DNA from: Candidatus Scalinduaceae bacterium
Lineage (GTDB): Bacteria > Planctomycetota > Brocadiia > Brocadiales > Scalinduaceae
Length of the DNA: 64,000 nt
Reading direction: 5' to 3'
Assembly (NCBI GenBank): GCA_046759445.1
Contig: JBHICG010000008.1
Coordinates: 15,239-79,238 of the forward strand
Program-made: the position numbers and the translations under genes
Notes under the pieces: model-generated
Database searches by the model: none
What the model was told of the DNA's origin: nothing
Seen by the model: only the letters and a program-made list of their open reading frames with translations
Shown: positions 1-11,651 of the stretch, piece after piece
How the letters are laid out: every line of letters begins with the position of its first letter
Position numbering within the stretch: the first letter of the stretch is position 1

Positions 1-45
1 CTGAAATACTATTATCCGGGTGTTGAACTTGTAAAGGTTTATTGA

Positions 46-1176
<1,131 letters not shown>

Positions 1177-1231
1177 TGGATATTTTTAATTTATTCATAA
1201 ACTTTACACTTATTATAAGGGAGATTTAAAA

Positions 1232-1540
1232 ATGAATTTCTTAATGGAAGCTGCAGGAGGCCAAATGAACTTTATGTCGCTTATAATACCATTTGCATTA
1301 ATGTTTGCGATTCTTTACCTGCTGATTATCAGACCTCAGAGGCAAAAAGAAAGACAAAGACAAGATATGATTTCAAATATCAGGAAAAACGACCGAATAG
1401 TAACATTGGGCGGGATTCATGGTATTGTCCTTTCAGTAAAGGAAAAGGAACTTATAGTTATGGTGGATGAAGCCAAGGATGTAAAATTGAAAATCGATAA
1501 AAGCGCTGTAACATTGGTAACTATACCAAAGAGTGAATAA
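1232..1540 (+). CDS. yajC: preprotein translocase subunit YajC
   Basis: Single TM helix, IRPQ and VTLGGIHG motifs; canonical synteny. Confidence 0.95.
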   Translation: MNFLMEAAGGQMNFMSLIIPFALMFAILYLLIIRPQRQKERQRQDMISNIRKNDRIVTLGGIHGIVLSVKEKELIVMVDEAKDVKLKIDKSAVTLVTIPKSE

Positions 1541-1580
1541 ATAAATGAAAAAATAGATTAAAGAACTAAGGAGACATTAC

Positions 1581-4500
1581 ATGCCAAGGAATTTGAGGTG
1601 GAAAATACCATTGATAGCAATACTTATTGCCGTTACGATATATGCGATCTATCCACCGGCTGATAAGGTAATAAAGATGGAAGAGATTAAAGAGATAGAT
1701 GGTGAAGTTGTCGAACGCACCGTAACAAAGGATTCTTTTTTTCGGTTTATATATAGTAAACTAAAAGTAAGAGAAAATATTATAAAGAAAGAAACTGATG
1801 AAAAAGGCTCGAATATAATTCATAAGAATGTCGAATATTTCGCTAGAGGGCAAATAAAGCTTGGCCTAGATTTAAGAGGAGGTTCCGAGCTGTTATATAA
1901 GATAAAAGTGGAAGAAGGTGAATATCACACGGGTTTAACCAATGAGATAATAGCGGTCTTAGAAAAGAGGATTGATCCACGAGGTGTGTTAGAGTATAGA
2001 CTCCAGCAACAAGGTGCACGGAGGGTTCTTATACAGGTTCCTGGCGCAACCAAGAGTGAAACCGAAAATCTTAAGGAACGAATAACTCGTCTGGGAAAAC
2101 TAGAATTCAGACTCGCAGCTTCACCAGATAGCAGTGAATATAAAGATGCCAAAGAAGGGCAAACAGTACCCGGTTATTACAAACACTGGCTTAAGAAGAA
2201 AAGGGGAGAAGTAGGAGAGACTGAAGATTGGTTTCTGGTAAGAAACAAGATTGAGATGACCGGTGAACATCTTTCAAGACTTTATCCTGATCGTAAAGAT
2301 ATTCAACCTGTAGTGGGGTTCGAATTTGACCAGGTAGGAAGGGCTAAATTTGGACGTTTGACAGAACGTAATATTGGAAAACCCTTAGCAATTATTTTGG
2401 ATGGAGTTTTATACTCCGCTCCAGTAATACGTGACAGAATTCGAGGCAAAGGCATCATAGAAGGCAATTTCACTTCTGAAGAGGTTAATGACTTGATCGC
2501 AGTGATGCGTGCAGGTAGTCTGCCCGCAGACCTTGAATTAGAGATGGAAACCACAGTAGGTCCGAGTTTGGGAAGAGATTCGATAAAAAAAGGACTTACG
2601 GCAGGTCTGATTGGTGGAGTATTTGTCATACTATTCATGTGCACATATTATCTGGGTGCGGGCATAGTATCAAATATTGCCTTCATAGTAAACATAATTA
2701 TGGTCGTGGGAATTCTGTGTATACTGGAGGCAACACTAACACTTCCTGGTATTGCAGGCTTAGTATTGATGATTGGTATGGCCGTTGATGCAAATGTCTT
2801 AATTTATGAAAGAATCAGGGAAGAAAAAGAAAAAGGCAAGCCAATAAAACTTGCTGTTAAAAATGGATATGAAAGAGCCTTTACAACGATTGTCGACTCT
2901 AATGTAACTACCTTAATTACGGCAACTATTTTATACGCTGTGGGGACCGGGCCAGTGAAGGGGTTTGCTATAGTCCTGATCGTAGGTCTTTTGATTAATA
3001 TGTTTACGGCAGTATTTTTCACAAGAGTAATATTTGAAATACTTCTGGGAATTGGTTTTGTGCGAAAAATCTCGATGTTACAATTTTTCAGGAAACCCAG
3101 ATTGTCTTTTATTACTTATAGGCGTTTTTTTGCGATTGCTTCACTTATCTTAATTCTAATTGGTATCTCAGTGTTTGTAGTTAGAGGTAAGGATAATTAT
3201 GACATTGATTTTACAGGGGGAACCCTCATTCACATGAAGTTGAATAATCCAATACCTGTTGGTGATGTCAGGAATAAATTCTCAAATTTGGGCTATGAAG
3301 ATGCAGAGGTTCAAAGTATCTGGGCAAGTAAAGATATTGCTAAGACTAAAATAGATTCTACAGAATTTGGAATCAGGATTAAAAGCCTGAATAATGAAAA
3401 AACCAAACAAAAAATAACAAATGACCTGATGGGTGTAATAGATGAAGGACTGTTTAAAAGAATAGATTTTAACAAACCATATGATTTTAGTTTAATACTG
3501 GGTAGACCCATTGATGAATTCAAAATCCAGAACTATCTAAGAGAAGCTGACTACAGGAGAGATAATATCGTCTCGATATATCCTGTTGGAAAGACAGCTA
3601 AAAAATACTCAATAAATGTTTCCGGATTTACGAATAAAAAATTCAGACTTGATACAATAAAAAATCTGACTTCTATCCTTACAGATTATTTAGAAACATC
3701 AACGGTAGAACCTCTTTTTGGTGATATCAAAGAGGAGCTTCCGACTATAACTGATGCAGCAAGAGGAGCACAGTACAGAGCCATTTCAATTATGGATATA
3801 GATTTTAAAAAGGTCGTTGACCCTACAGTTTTACAAATGGTACTTAATGAAGAAGGCTATGCAGATATTGAAGTGTTTGCAAAGGAATCGGTTAGAGGGA
3901 AAACTTTTCGAAAGAAGCTGCAAATATCCGGGGCGCGAGATGTTTTAGAGCAAATAAAGCAAATGAGAGAGCCTATGAATATACCGTCCATTTTTGTAGA
4001 AGGTAATTCAATGATTCGAGTTGAGCTAAAGGAAGATATTGTAGAAGGTGCTTTAAGGAAGATGTTATCAAGCTCAAGCAAATTAAGAAAATTGGTTGGA
4101 GAAATCGCTGGAATTGGCGTTACCGCTGAAAAATATTCAATTAGTATGAATGATCTCACCGCAGAAAAAGTACAGGAAAAAATCAGGGAGGATATTGGAA
4201 ATACATTTGAACTTGATCTTTACATTGATAAAGCAAATGCCTCATCCCCTGACCCGTTTAAAAGGGTTGTTAGCATAGGCTCCACGGTTGCTAGTGAAAT
4301 GAAAAGCAGAGCCGCTCTTGCACTGCTTTTTGCTTGCTTTGCAATAATAATATATATATGGTTCAGATTTGGTGAGTTTAAATTTGGGGCAACCGCCGTG
4401 ATTACTCTTATCCACGATGTCTTAATCACCGTAGGCGCTGTAGCAATAGCCGACCATTTTGGAAATGTGTTTGGAGACATAAAAATAAATCTACCCATGA

Positions 4501-4919
4501 TTGCTGCATTTCTGACGTTAATAGGCTATTCTTTAAATGATACAATTGTATTATTTGATCGCATTAGAGAAAATCTAGCTGGCAAACAAAAAACCTTAAC
4601 TAAGGAATTAATTGATAATAGTATTAATCAAAACCTGAATAGGACTATAATTACATCTTTAACAACATTTGGTGTTGTTTCTACTCTTTATTTTGTTGGT
4701 GGTCCTGCAATTCATGGATTTGCTTTCGTTATGATGGTGGGAGTCGTAGTTGGGACATACTCTTCTATCTTTATAGCAAGTCCATTGCTGCTTGACTGGG
4801 ATATCTTGAAAAAGATTTCTAAAATATTGTTTCTTTGTATAACATCACCATTATGGCTTCCAATAAAACTCTTACGTATGAGTTCCAAAGAGAGAAAACT
4901 AAAACCTTCAAGGGCCTAA
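1581..4919 (+). CDS. secDF: fused protein translocase SecDF with enlarged periplasmic domain
   Basis: KLGLDLRGG, GMAVDANVLIYERIREE (SecD), IDFTGGT and GYSLNDTIVLFDRIRE (SecF) in one ORF. Confidence 0.95.
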   Translation: MPRNLRWKIPLIAILIAVTIYAIYPPADKVIKMEEIKEIDGEVVERTVTKDSFFRFIYSKLKVRENIIKKETDEKGSNIIHKNVEYFARGQIKLGLDLRGGSELLYKIKVEEGEYHTGLTNEIIAVLEKRIDPRGVLEYRLQQQGARRVLIQVPGATKSETENLKERITRLGKLEFRLAASPDSSEYKDAKEGQTVPGYYKHWLKKKRGEVGETEDWFLVRNKIEMTGEHLSRLYPDRKDIQPVVGFEFDQVGRAKFGRLTERNIGKPLAIILDGVLYSAPVIRDRIRGKGIIEGNFTSEEVNDLIAVMRAGSLPADLELEMETTVGPSLGRDSIKKGLTAGLIGGVFVILFMCTYYLGAGIVSNIAFIVNIIMVVGILCILEATLTLPGIAGLVLMIGMAVDANVLIYERIREEKEKGKPIKLAVKNGYERAFTTIVDSNVTTLITATILYAVGTGPVKGFAIVLIVGLLINMFTAVFFTRVIFEILLGIGFVRKISMLQFFRKPRLSFITYRRFFAIASLILILIGISVFVVRGKDNYDIDFTGGTLIHMKLNNPIPVGDVRNKFSNLGYEDAEVQSIWASKDIAKTKIDSTEFGIRIKSLNNEKTKQKITNDLMGVIDEGLFKRIDFNKPYDFSLILGRPIDEFKIQNYLREADYRRDNIVSIYPVGKTAKKYSINVSGFTNKKFRLDTIKNLTSILTDYLETSTVEPLFGDIKEELPTITDAARGAQYRAISIMDIDFKKVVDPTVLQMVLNEEGYADIEVFAKESVRGKTFRKKLQISGARDVLEQIKQMREPMNIPSIFVEGNSMIRVELKEDIVEGALRKMLSSSSKLRKLVGEIAGIGVTAEKYSISMNDLTAEKVQEKIREDIGNTFELDLYIDKANASSPDPFKRVVSIGSTVASEMKSRAALALLFACFAIIIYIWFRFGEFKFGATAVITLIHDVLITVGAVAIADHFGNVFGDIKINLPMIAAFLTLIGYSLNDTIVLFDRIRENLAGKQKTLTKELIDNSINQNLNRTIITSLTTFGVVSTLYFVGGPAIHGFAFVMMVGVVVGTYSSIFIASPLLLDWDILKKISKILFLCITSPLWLPIKLLRMSSKERKLKPSRA

Positions 4920-4946
4920 TTAACCTTAATAAAGAAAGGGAAAACA

Positions 4947-5750
4947 ATGGGAAGGGATACACAAATAGGAATAATACTAGGTGTGGTAATACTCGTGATT
5001 ATTGGTGTTTTTCTTAGTACAAGGACATCCGTAAAAGAACCAGAAATGCCAGGCTTAATTGCACCGGACGAAGATATTTCCAAAATTGAAGAAATAGACA
5101 TAAGTGAACTTATTAATGAACAAAAAGCTAGAAAAACTGAAAAAATAACTCCTGAAGAAGATCTTACAAAAAGAACTCCTGCTGAATTATCCGCTAAAAA
5201 CGAAGCTATAATTGAAGGTAAATGGGAAGGGTATAAAACAGAGATTGTAGATACAGAAATAGATAAATCAGAGATACTGGTTACTGAAAAAGAATTACCA
5301 GAAGAAGCACCAGAAACAAAGAAAGAAATTGAAATACCTGTTATTAGAATTCAGAGCGAAGTAGTACATAAGGTAGTGTCAAATGATAACCTGTTTAACC
5401 TGTCAAAAAAATATTATGGTGATGAAGCGAAATGGATAAAGATTTACGAAGCAAATAAAGATAATTTACCAAACCCTGATACCCTGTATGTAGGGCAAGA
5501 GCTATTGATACCTGATACTTCAGCATCTGAAGAAGAAGGTGAGGCTTTGCCTGAGAGTGAACCTGATGAGGAGACACTTACGACCGGCAGGACACACATA
5601 GTGCGTCCTGGAGATACACTTTATGGTCTTGCCAAGAAATATTATAATAATACAACAATGTGGAAGAATATTTATGATGCTAATAAAGACATAATAGAAA
5701 GTAAAAGTTTATTAAAGGTGGGCCAAACACTTATTATTCCTGATAAATAA
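4947..5750 (+). CDS. membrane-anchored protein with two LysM domains
   Basis: N-terminal TM; two repeats HxVxxxDxLxxLxKKYY...WxxIYxAN...LxVGQxLxIP. Confidence 0.9.
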   Translation: MGRDTQIGIILGVVILVIIGVFLSTRTSVKEPEMPGLIAPDEDISKIEEIDISELINEQKARKTEKITPEEDLTKRTPAELSAKNEAIIEGKWEGYKTEIVDTEIDKSEILVTEKELPEEAPETKKEIEIPVIRIQSEVVHKVVSNDNLFNLSKKYYGDEAKWIKIYEANKDNLPNPDTLYVGQELLIPDTSASEEEGEALPESEPDEETLTTGRTHIVRPGDTLYGLAKKYYNNTTMWKNIYDANKDIIESKSLLKVGQTLIIPDK

Positions 5751-5769
5751 TGAATATTTTAAACAACGT

Positions 5770-5924
5770 CTAAATTGAGCGATTTTGTAGCCGCAACCTT
5801 GAGGTTGCGTGACTTACGAGGATCCATCAAATGATGAGAAACGCAGGCTTATCCCGTTGCTAATATCTACGGGACTTAAGCACTGCGGCTACAATTGCAT
5901 ATAATATAAAATCGCTCAATTTTG
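5770..5924. mobile_element. MITE family A, copy 1 (~155 bp)
   Basis: Terminal inverted repeats CTAAATTGAGCGATTTT/AAAATCGCTCAATTT; near-identical inverted copies at 8490-8648 and 10766-10924. Confidence 0.85.
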
Positions 5925-5952
5925 GTAACATTAATTATGAAAGGAAAATAAC

Positions 5953-7110
5953 ATGAAGTTGTTCTTCACGAAATTTAAATTTATCTTTTTCGCACAATTG
6001 CCTTTTTTATTGATTTCTTTCTTTATATTCAATTTTGCAATCGATTCTGCCATACCACAAATAGCAGATAGTCCACATCCTATGTTTTTGCATGACCTTA
6101 GACATTCAGGTCGCAGCCCATATCAAGGAACTCAAACGGATGGCTTAAAATGGAGTATCTTAACAGGTGGTGAGATATGGTCGTCTCCCGTAATAGGCAC
6201 TGATAATACTGTATATATTTCCAGTACCGATGGTAACCTTTTTGCCTTTAATTTAGATGGAACGCTTAAATGGAATTATAAAACCGGGACAGAACTATTT
6301 AGTACCCCCGCAATCGACGCTGACGGTACAATTTATATAGGTGGTGCCAACAAGAAATTGTTTGCCGTTAAACCGGATGGTAAAATCAAGTGGGTTTACT
6401 TTATCGGTTCTGACATTCATTCCTCTCCTGCAATTAATAAGGATGGAACGATATATATAGGAGCTTGGGATGGCAAGCTTTATGCGATAAACAAGAATGG
6501 CACACTAAAATGGTCGTATAGGACAGGGGCAAACATATTATCTTCTTCTCCTGCTATTGGGGATGACGGGACAATATATATCGGTTCATGGGATATGCGC
6601 CTATATGCTATAGGTTCTGATGGAATAATCAAATGGAGTTTTTTAACAAATTCCAAGATTGACTCTTCCCCATCTATTAGCGATAGGGGGGTTGTATACT
6701 TTGGTTCAAATGATGGAACATTATATGCAATTGATTCTAATAATAAAGGAAAACTGAATTGGAAATACGTTATCGGTTCACGAATACATTCTACACCTTC
6801 CATAGGCCCTGATGGTATTATATATGTTGGTACGAGGGATGGAAAACTTTATGCTATTAAACCAGATGGAACGTTGAAATGGTCATATGATACAGGTGAT
6901 ACTATTACGTCATCTGCCACCATAAGTTCTGACGGAACGATTTTCATAGGTTCATGGAATGGAAAGTTCTATGCTATTAACCCTGACGGTACACTTAAAT
7001 GGGAATATGTGTTAACAAAGCCAATCCTTTCATCACCTTCTATTGACTCAAATGGCACGGTATACATAGGTTGTACAGATTGGAAACTATACGCATTTGG
7101 GGAAAAATGA
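5953..7110 (+). CDS. PQQ-like beta-propeller repeat protein (exported)
   Basis: About 8 repeats SSPAIxxDGTIYIGSxDGKLYAIxxDGxLKW after a hydrophobic N-terminus. Confidence 0.9.
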   Translation: MKLFFTKFKFIFFAQLPFLLISFFIFNFAIDSAIPQIADSPHPMFLHDLRHSGRSPYQGTQTDGLKWSILTGGEIWSSPVIGTDNTVYISSTDGNLFAFNLDGTLKWNYKTGTELFSTPAIDADGTIYIGGANKKLFAVKPDGKIKWVYFIGSDIHSSPAINKDGTIYIGAWDGKLYAINKNGTLKWSYRTGANILSSSPAIGDDGTIYIGSWDMRLYAIGSDGIIKWSFLTNSKIDSSPSISDRGVVYFGSNDGTLYAIDSNNKGKLNWKYVIGSRIHSTPSIGPDGIIYVGTRDGKLYAIKPDGTLKWSYDTGDTITSSATISSDGTIFIGSWNGKFYAINPDGTLKWEYVLTKPILSSPSIDSNGTVYIGCTDWKLYAFGEK

Positions 7111-7116
7111 GATAAA

Positions 7117-8265
7117 CTATTTGCGGCTATCCGCAATTTTTTTTAGACACTTAATAGTTTCTTCAATATCTTCCATAGTGTTAAAAAAACCTGGACTTAT
7201 CCTTATTGTTCCTTCTGGAAATGTTCCGATCTCCTGATGTGAAAAGGGAGCACAGTGCAAGCCAGGCCTCATTGCAACATCAAATGTATTATCCAGAATA
7301 GCAGCAACATCATTAGGTTTTAGTCCCTTAATGTTTATGGATACAATCCCTACCTTCCTTTTTTCATCCAGGCTACCATATATCTTAAATCTATTATCAG
7401 ATTCTAATGCCTTTATTAACCTGAATGTAAGTTGAAGTTCGTGTTGTCTTATTGCGTCTATCCCTTTCTTAATACAAAACTCGATACCCGTTCTCAATCC
7501 GACTATTCCGACTGAGTTGGGAGTTCCACTCTCCAGATTGAAAGGGAAATTGTCAGGCTGTGAAAGCGATTCAGGCTCAAATCCAGTGCCACCTTCTCTC
7601 CATGCCCGTAGCTTTACCATCTCTCCCACACATAATCCGCCTGTTCCGGGTGGGCCAAGAGGTCCCTTATGCCCCGTGAATGCGAGCATATCGATATGTT
7701 GCTCCTCAACATCAATATGACAAACACCTGCAGTTTGAGCGGCATCAACCATAAATATAATTTCTCCTTCACGGGCTATTTTTCCTATTTCCTCAATTGG
7801 TTGAATAGTGCCCAAAACATTAGAGGCATGAGTAAGAACTATTAATTTCGTATTTGGCTTAATGGCTTTTCTTACATCATCTGGACTAATAAAACCATCA
7901 CCTGTATTTTCCACCATTGTTACGGTAATTACATTATCTTTTTCCAAACCATTCAAAGGCCTTAATACGGAGTTATGTTCAAGATTGCTTGTTATTACGT
8001 GGTCGCCTATGCACAATAATCCCTTTATGCCCATATTAATCGCATCTGTAGCATTGAATGTAAAGATCATTCGGTCAGGGTCTTTTACGCCAAGGAACCT
8101 CGCCAGTAATATCCTGGCATTCTCGATCTCTTGCTCTGCGGCGACTGACATACGATGCCCTGCGCGTCCTGGATTAGCCCCCATCTCTCTCAGGAATTTA
8201 TCCATTGCATCATAAACACATTCAGGCTTTGGAAACGTAGTGGCCGCATTGTCTAGATATATCAT
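7117..8265 (-). CDS. cysteine desulfurase family (aminotransferase class V)
   Basis: IYLDNAATT, VDAAQTAG, FTGHKG (PLP lysine), RPGLHCAP; start taken at MIYLD. Confidence 0.93.
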   Translation of the reverse strand: MIYLDNAATTFPKPECVYDAMDKFLREMGANPGRAGHRMSVAAEQEIENARILLARFLGVKDPDRMIFTFNATDAINMGIKGLLCIGDHVITSNLEHNSVLRPLNGLEKDNVITVTMVENTGDGFISPDDVRKAIKPNTKLIVLTHASNVLGTIQPIEEIGKIAREGEIIFMVDAAQTAGVCHIDVEEQHIDMLAFTGHKGPLGPPGTGGLCVGEMVKLRAWREGGTGFEPESLSQPDNFPFNLESGTPNSVGIVGLRTGIEFCIKKGIDAIRQHELQLTFRLIKALESDNRFKIYGSLDEKRKVGIVSINIKGLKPNDVAAILDNTFDVAMRPGLHCAPFSHQEIGTFPEGTIRISPGFFNTMEDIEETIKCLKKIADSRK

Positions 8266-8319
8266 AAAAACAATTATATCACTCAATCAACTATGTCCAA
8301 AACAAATACTTTTAACCAA

Positions 8320-8479
8320 CATTGTCCGGTTAGATTTTTGCGTGTTTAATTTGTTGTCCCCAAAGCTGTCATTCCCGCATGTTTTTAGCGGGAATCTAGG
8401 ATGAATGAACCTCTAGTTACCCGACAAAAGCGTTCGAGTATGACAAAACCCGCTCACGCAAAAACCTAATCGGACAATG
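8320..8479. mobile_element. MITE-like element B with internal GTCATTCCCGC..GCGGGAATC palindrome
   Basis: 25-bp imperfect TIRs CATTGTCCGGTTAGATTTTTGCGTG / CACGCAAAAACCTAATCGGACAATG. Confidence 0.7.
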
Positions 8480-8489
8480 CTGGCTTTTA

Positions 8490-8648
8490 ACCTAAATTGA
8501 GCGATTTTATATTATATGCCATTGTAGCCGCAGTGCTTAAGTCCCGTAGATATTAGCAACGGGATAAGCCTGCGTTTCTCATCATTTGATGGATCCTTGT
8601 AAGTCACGCAACCTCAAGGTTGCGGCTACAAAATCGCTCAATTTAGGT
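8490..8648. mobile_element. MITE family A, copy 2
   Basis: 19-bp TIR ACCTAAATTGAGCGATTTT; reverse complement of 5770-5924. Confidence 0.85.
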
Positions 8649-8801
8649 TTAAGATAGTATATTTTTAAAGCAAACAGCAACATAAATCTTGAATGAATTC
8701 AATTTGTCAATTGTCGGCAACAGCAGTTCCCAACATACTAAACTATAAAATAGCTCCTTATTTATGCTGAGTGTAGAGAGTAGGGAGGAATATAATAGGG
8801 A

Positions 8802-9167
8802 GCTGTCCCAAAACTGTCTGGCACAAAAAATGTATGTGCTCAAGAAGGCATCATTTTAGTAGTTTTAGTAGGATTTTAGGATGTCAATCTGAAAGGAGTG
8901 GAGGTCTTTATCTGTCGTTCTGATCGAACCCAAGGGAGAGAAGAATCTAATTGTATATTTCAGGAGAAAATCCAATGCCGAAGAAACTTGCTCAGGGCTT
9001 GTCCTTGAGCGAAGCGAAGGAATAAACTCTGTGAAGAATCTCGGCTTTGAAACCATAGATTCTTTCCACGCTGATTTCTTGCGAAAGCAAGAAGCGGGGT
9101 CAGAATAACAAATTCAATGATTTATTGCTACTCTCAAAACATCGTGCCGAACAGTATTGGGACAGCG
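8802..9167. mobile_element. MITE-like element C with nested palindromes
   Basis: Imperfect TIRs GCTGTCCCAAAACTGTCTGGCAC / GTGCCGAACAGTATTGGGACAGC; CGTGCCGAACAGTATTGG recurs at ~35794. Confidence 0.6.
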
Positions 9168-9345
9168 ACCGTTTTAATTTTTGCGCGGCCTTCCCCATGG
9201 TAGCGCCCTCCTGCCTGTCGGCAGACAGGTAGCCTTCTCCCAAATAACCTCTCAAGCTTCTTCATAAATCTATCATCACCAAATGGTCTTCCCGTCATCG
9301 AACACTTCCTTATGTTTCTTATGATTTGCTCATCTTCTTTTGATT
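9159..9345 (-). pseudogene. 3' remnant of a probable REP-associated (Y1) tyrosine transposase
   Basis: Minus strand reads EDEQIIRNIRKCSMTGRPFGDDRFMKKLERLFGRRL..ALPWGRPR; homologous to 50860-51025; ends at GGGACAGC. Confidence 0.6.
9210..9229. repeat. 20-nt palindromic micro-insertion CCTGCCTGTCGGCAGACAGG
   Basis: Absent from the homologous site at ~50916; variants at 13891-13910 and 62956-62975. Confidence 0.85.
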
Positions 9346-9633
9346 GAAATTCTGTAAGAGCACTATCTTGGCGCGATTACCATACCTTGATTGTAAATGG
9401 AAGGCGGGCAATTAGTGAATTGCCATAAGCCTTCCGCTACATTTCTCCTGTCTCATTTTATCGCTTGCTATACGAGACATTGCTCCCATTATTCGCAATT
9501 TCATAGATTTCCACGGGTTTACACTCGTGGTGCTTGCCTCAACAAGCTACTGCCTGTCCCGACAAGCCGGGAACTTGCTCTCATCCCTACCTTTGCAGGC
9601 GTTGAGTTCCAGCTGAATTAAATATCGGATAAA

Positions 9634-10665
9634 CTACATACCAATATATTTTGAATATAAACTTTTTGCGATGCTTGCATCGCTTGTGCCCGTGATTATG
9701 GCTCTGCCATCAGGAAACACCGTAAAATCATGGTCTTTAATCTTAAACTTTAACATAAAGTCATTATAACTAATATCTGCTATGGGTCTTAATCTTTGTG
9801 CTAATTGTTTAAAATTTATCTTTCCGATATTACGGTACATTACCTGTACAGCATTTTTACCACAGAGAAGAGTCGTCAATACTCCGTCCTTTGCATCTAA
9901 GAACTCATAATTATGTGTTTTACATGTTGGACAATTGTTTAACCTTTTCAAATCACTGACATCTAATTGCTTAAATTTTGTATCCCACACGTCAACTTTT
10001 AAAAGTGTCTTACGTAGGGATTTAAAATCCCTGGTCAAAATCTTTATTGCCTCCGTTACTTGAATTGACGCTATAATACTCGCAATTGTCCCAATTATCC
10101 CGGCAGAATCGCATGTTGGAAACGTGCCCATTTGAGGCAATGTTTCAAAAATACACCTTAAGCAGGGAGTCTTAGAAGGTATAATATTCATTGTCAAACC
10201 CTTGCTCTCTATACAAGCCCCATATATCCACGGGATGTTGTCTTTTACACAGATGTCGTTAACCAGAAATCTGGTTTCAAAATTATCAGTACCATCCAGA
10301 ATTATGTCAGCTCCTTTGGTCAACTCTTCTATGTTAGCGTAATTGACATCAGCAACAATTCCTTCAATGTTGATTTTCGTATTTATCTTTTGAAGTTTTT
10401 TCTGTGCAGCTATTGCTTTTGGAAGATTCTCTTTGATATCGACTTCATCAAAGAGTATTTGCCGTTGTAAATTATTTTCTTCTATAAAGTCCCTATCAAT
10501 AATCTTTATGTGGCCGACTCCTGCCCGTGTAAGGTAACTCGAAGATACACTCCCAAGCGCTCCACAGCCTATTACAACAGCATTGCTTTTAGTCAATTCT
10601 CTTTGACGCTCTGTTCCTATATGGCGTAAGAGTATCTGGCGTGAATATCTATCGAGTGTTTGCAT
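9634..10665 (-). CDS. ThiF/MoeB family adenylyltransferase
   Basis: RYSRQ, GCGALG, DRDFIEENNLQRQ, DGTDNFETR, PCLRC and CPTC motifs. Confidence 0.92.
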   Translation of the reverse strand: MQTLDRYSRQILLRHIGTERQRELTKSNAVVIGCGALGSVSSSYLTRAGVGHIKIIDRDFIEENNLQRQILFDEVDIKENLPKAIAAQKKLQKINTKINIEGIVADVNYANIEELTKGADIILDGTDNFETRFLVNDICVKDNIPWIYGACIESKGLTMNIIPSKTPCLRCIFETLPQMGTFPTCDSAGIIGTIASIIASIQVTEAIKILTRDFKSLRKTLLKVDVWDTKFKQLDVSDLKRLNNCPTCKTHNYEFLDAKDGVLTTLLCGKNAVQVMYRNIGKINFKQLAQRLRPIADISYNDFMLKFKIKDHDFTVFPDGRAIITGTSDASIAKSLYSKYIGM

Positions 10666-10706
10666 CTTCGTTTACCTAAATAACCTGAAATAGAAAAAGG
10701 GAATGC

Positions 10707-10743
10707 AAAAAAAAAGCTTGCAGTTAGATTTAACCGCAAGCTT
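10707..10743 (-). terminator. intrinsic terminator
   Basis: AAGCTTGCGGTTAAATCTAACTGCAAGCTT stem-loop followed by a T-run on the minus strand. Confidence 0.7.
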
Positions 10744-10765
10744 CTTTGAAAAACATTAAACTCTT

Positions 10766-10924
10766 ACCTAAATTGAGTGATTTTATATTATATGCCATTG
10801 TAGCCGCAGTGCTTAAGTCCCGTAGATATTAGCAACGGGATAAGCCTGCGTTTCTCATCATTTGATGGATCCTCGTAAGTCACGCAACCTAAAGGTTGCG
10901 GCTACAAAATCGCTCAATTTAGGT
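10766..10924. mobile_element. MITE family A, copy 3
   Basis: Near-identical to 8490-8648. Confidence 0.85.
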
Positions 10925-10939
10925 CTTAATAACTGTAAG

Positions 10940-11611
10940 TTATTCTGAAATCTCATAAGTGCTTAAGCACTCTGAATCCCCGAAGGCGATAGCCTTTTCT
11001 CTCGTGTACTTTATTTTTGGGTTTACGCCTTCACCAAAACCGGCAATCCATGAGGTTACCAGCTCACACATGGTCTCAAATGACGCACCAGCTTCCTTCC
11101 AATATGATTCATGAATGCAATCAGTATGATCCCATGTGGTACGAGCGTCTGATTCAGTTTGAACCTGAGCGCCTCTGTCACAAGGCATCCCATCACATAA
11201 ATTGCCTGATAACAATTCAAACGCTCTAGATGTAGTGCAACCATTTTCACCGCTTTCCTGTACAGCCTTTTTACCGCACTCCACACCGTGATCGTGAGCG
11301 GCTTTTATGGCTAAGTTTTTTGCCTCGTCTCCATACTTTTCACAAAAAGCGGCAATTGTTGCAGCTTCTCTGGTTTCAGCTTTAACGATCAAATCTTGTA
11401 TTCCCTGATGAATTGCCACGTTTTCAAGTAATTCCTCCAGAGGCGTATCCGGGTTTGATTGTGGATATTCTTCATAGACTTTATTTAAAACATCATCTGC
11501 CGTTTGACCGTATTTTTCTTTAAATGCATCTACAATGAAAGCTTCCCTTGCTTCAGTTGTCTTAATTTTTTTGTGCATCCAATGGTGAACAGGACCAAGT
11601 ACCAAACTCAT
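10940..11611 (-). CDS. conserved hypothetical Cys/His-rich protein
   Basis: Clean ORF with RBS; MSLVLGPVHHW N-terminus, CDGMPCD and CIH motifs; co-oriented with NifU/DUF1858. Confidence 0.75.
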   Translation of the reverse strand: MSLVLGPVHHWMHKKIKTTEAREAFIVDAFKEKYGQTADDVLNKVYEEYPQSNPDTPLEELLENVAIHQGIQDLIVKAETREAATIAAFCEKYGDEAKNLAIKAAHDHGVECGKKAVQESGENGCTTSRAFELLSGNLCDGMPCDRGAQVQTESDARTTWDHTDCIHESYWKEAGASFETMCELVTSWIAGFGEGVNPKIKYTREKAIAFGDSECLSTYEISE

Positions 11612-11651
11612 TGTAACTTATCTCCTAAAAAATTAACGTTTTAAATTCAGA

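Noticed and set aside
8649..9621. Short ORFs 8649-8843, 8865-9056 and 9397-9621
   Set aside because: They run through or between miniature repeats and show no recognisable protein features.
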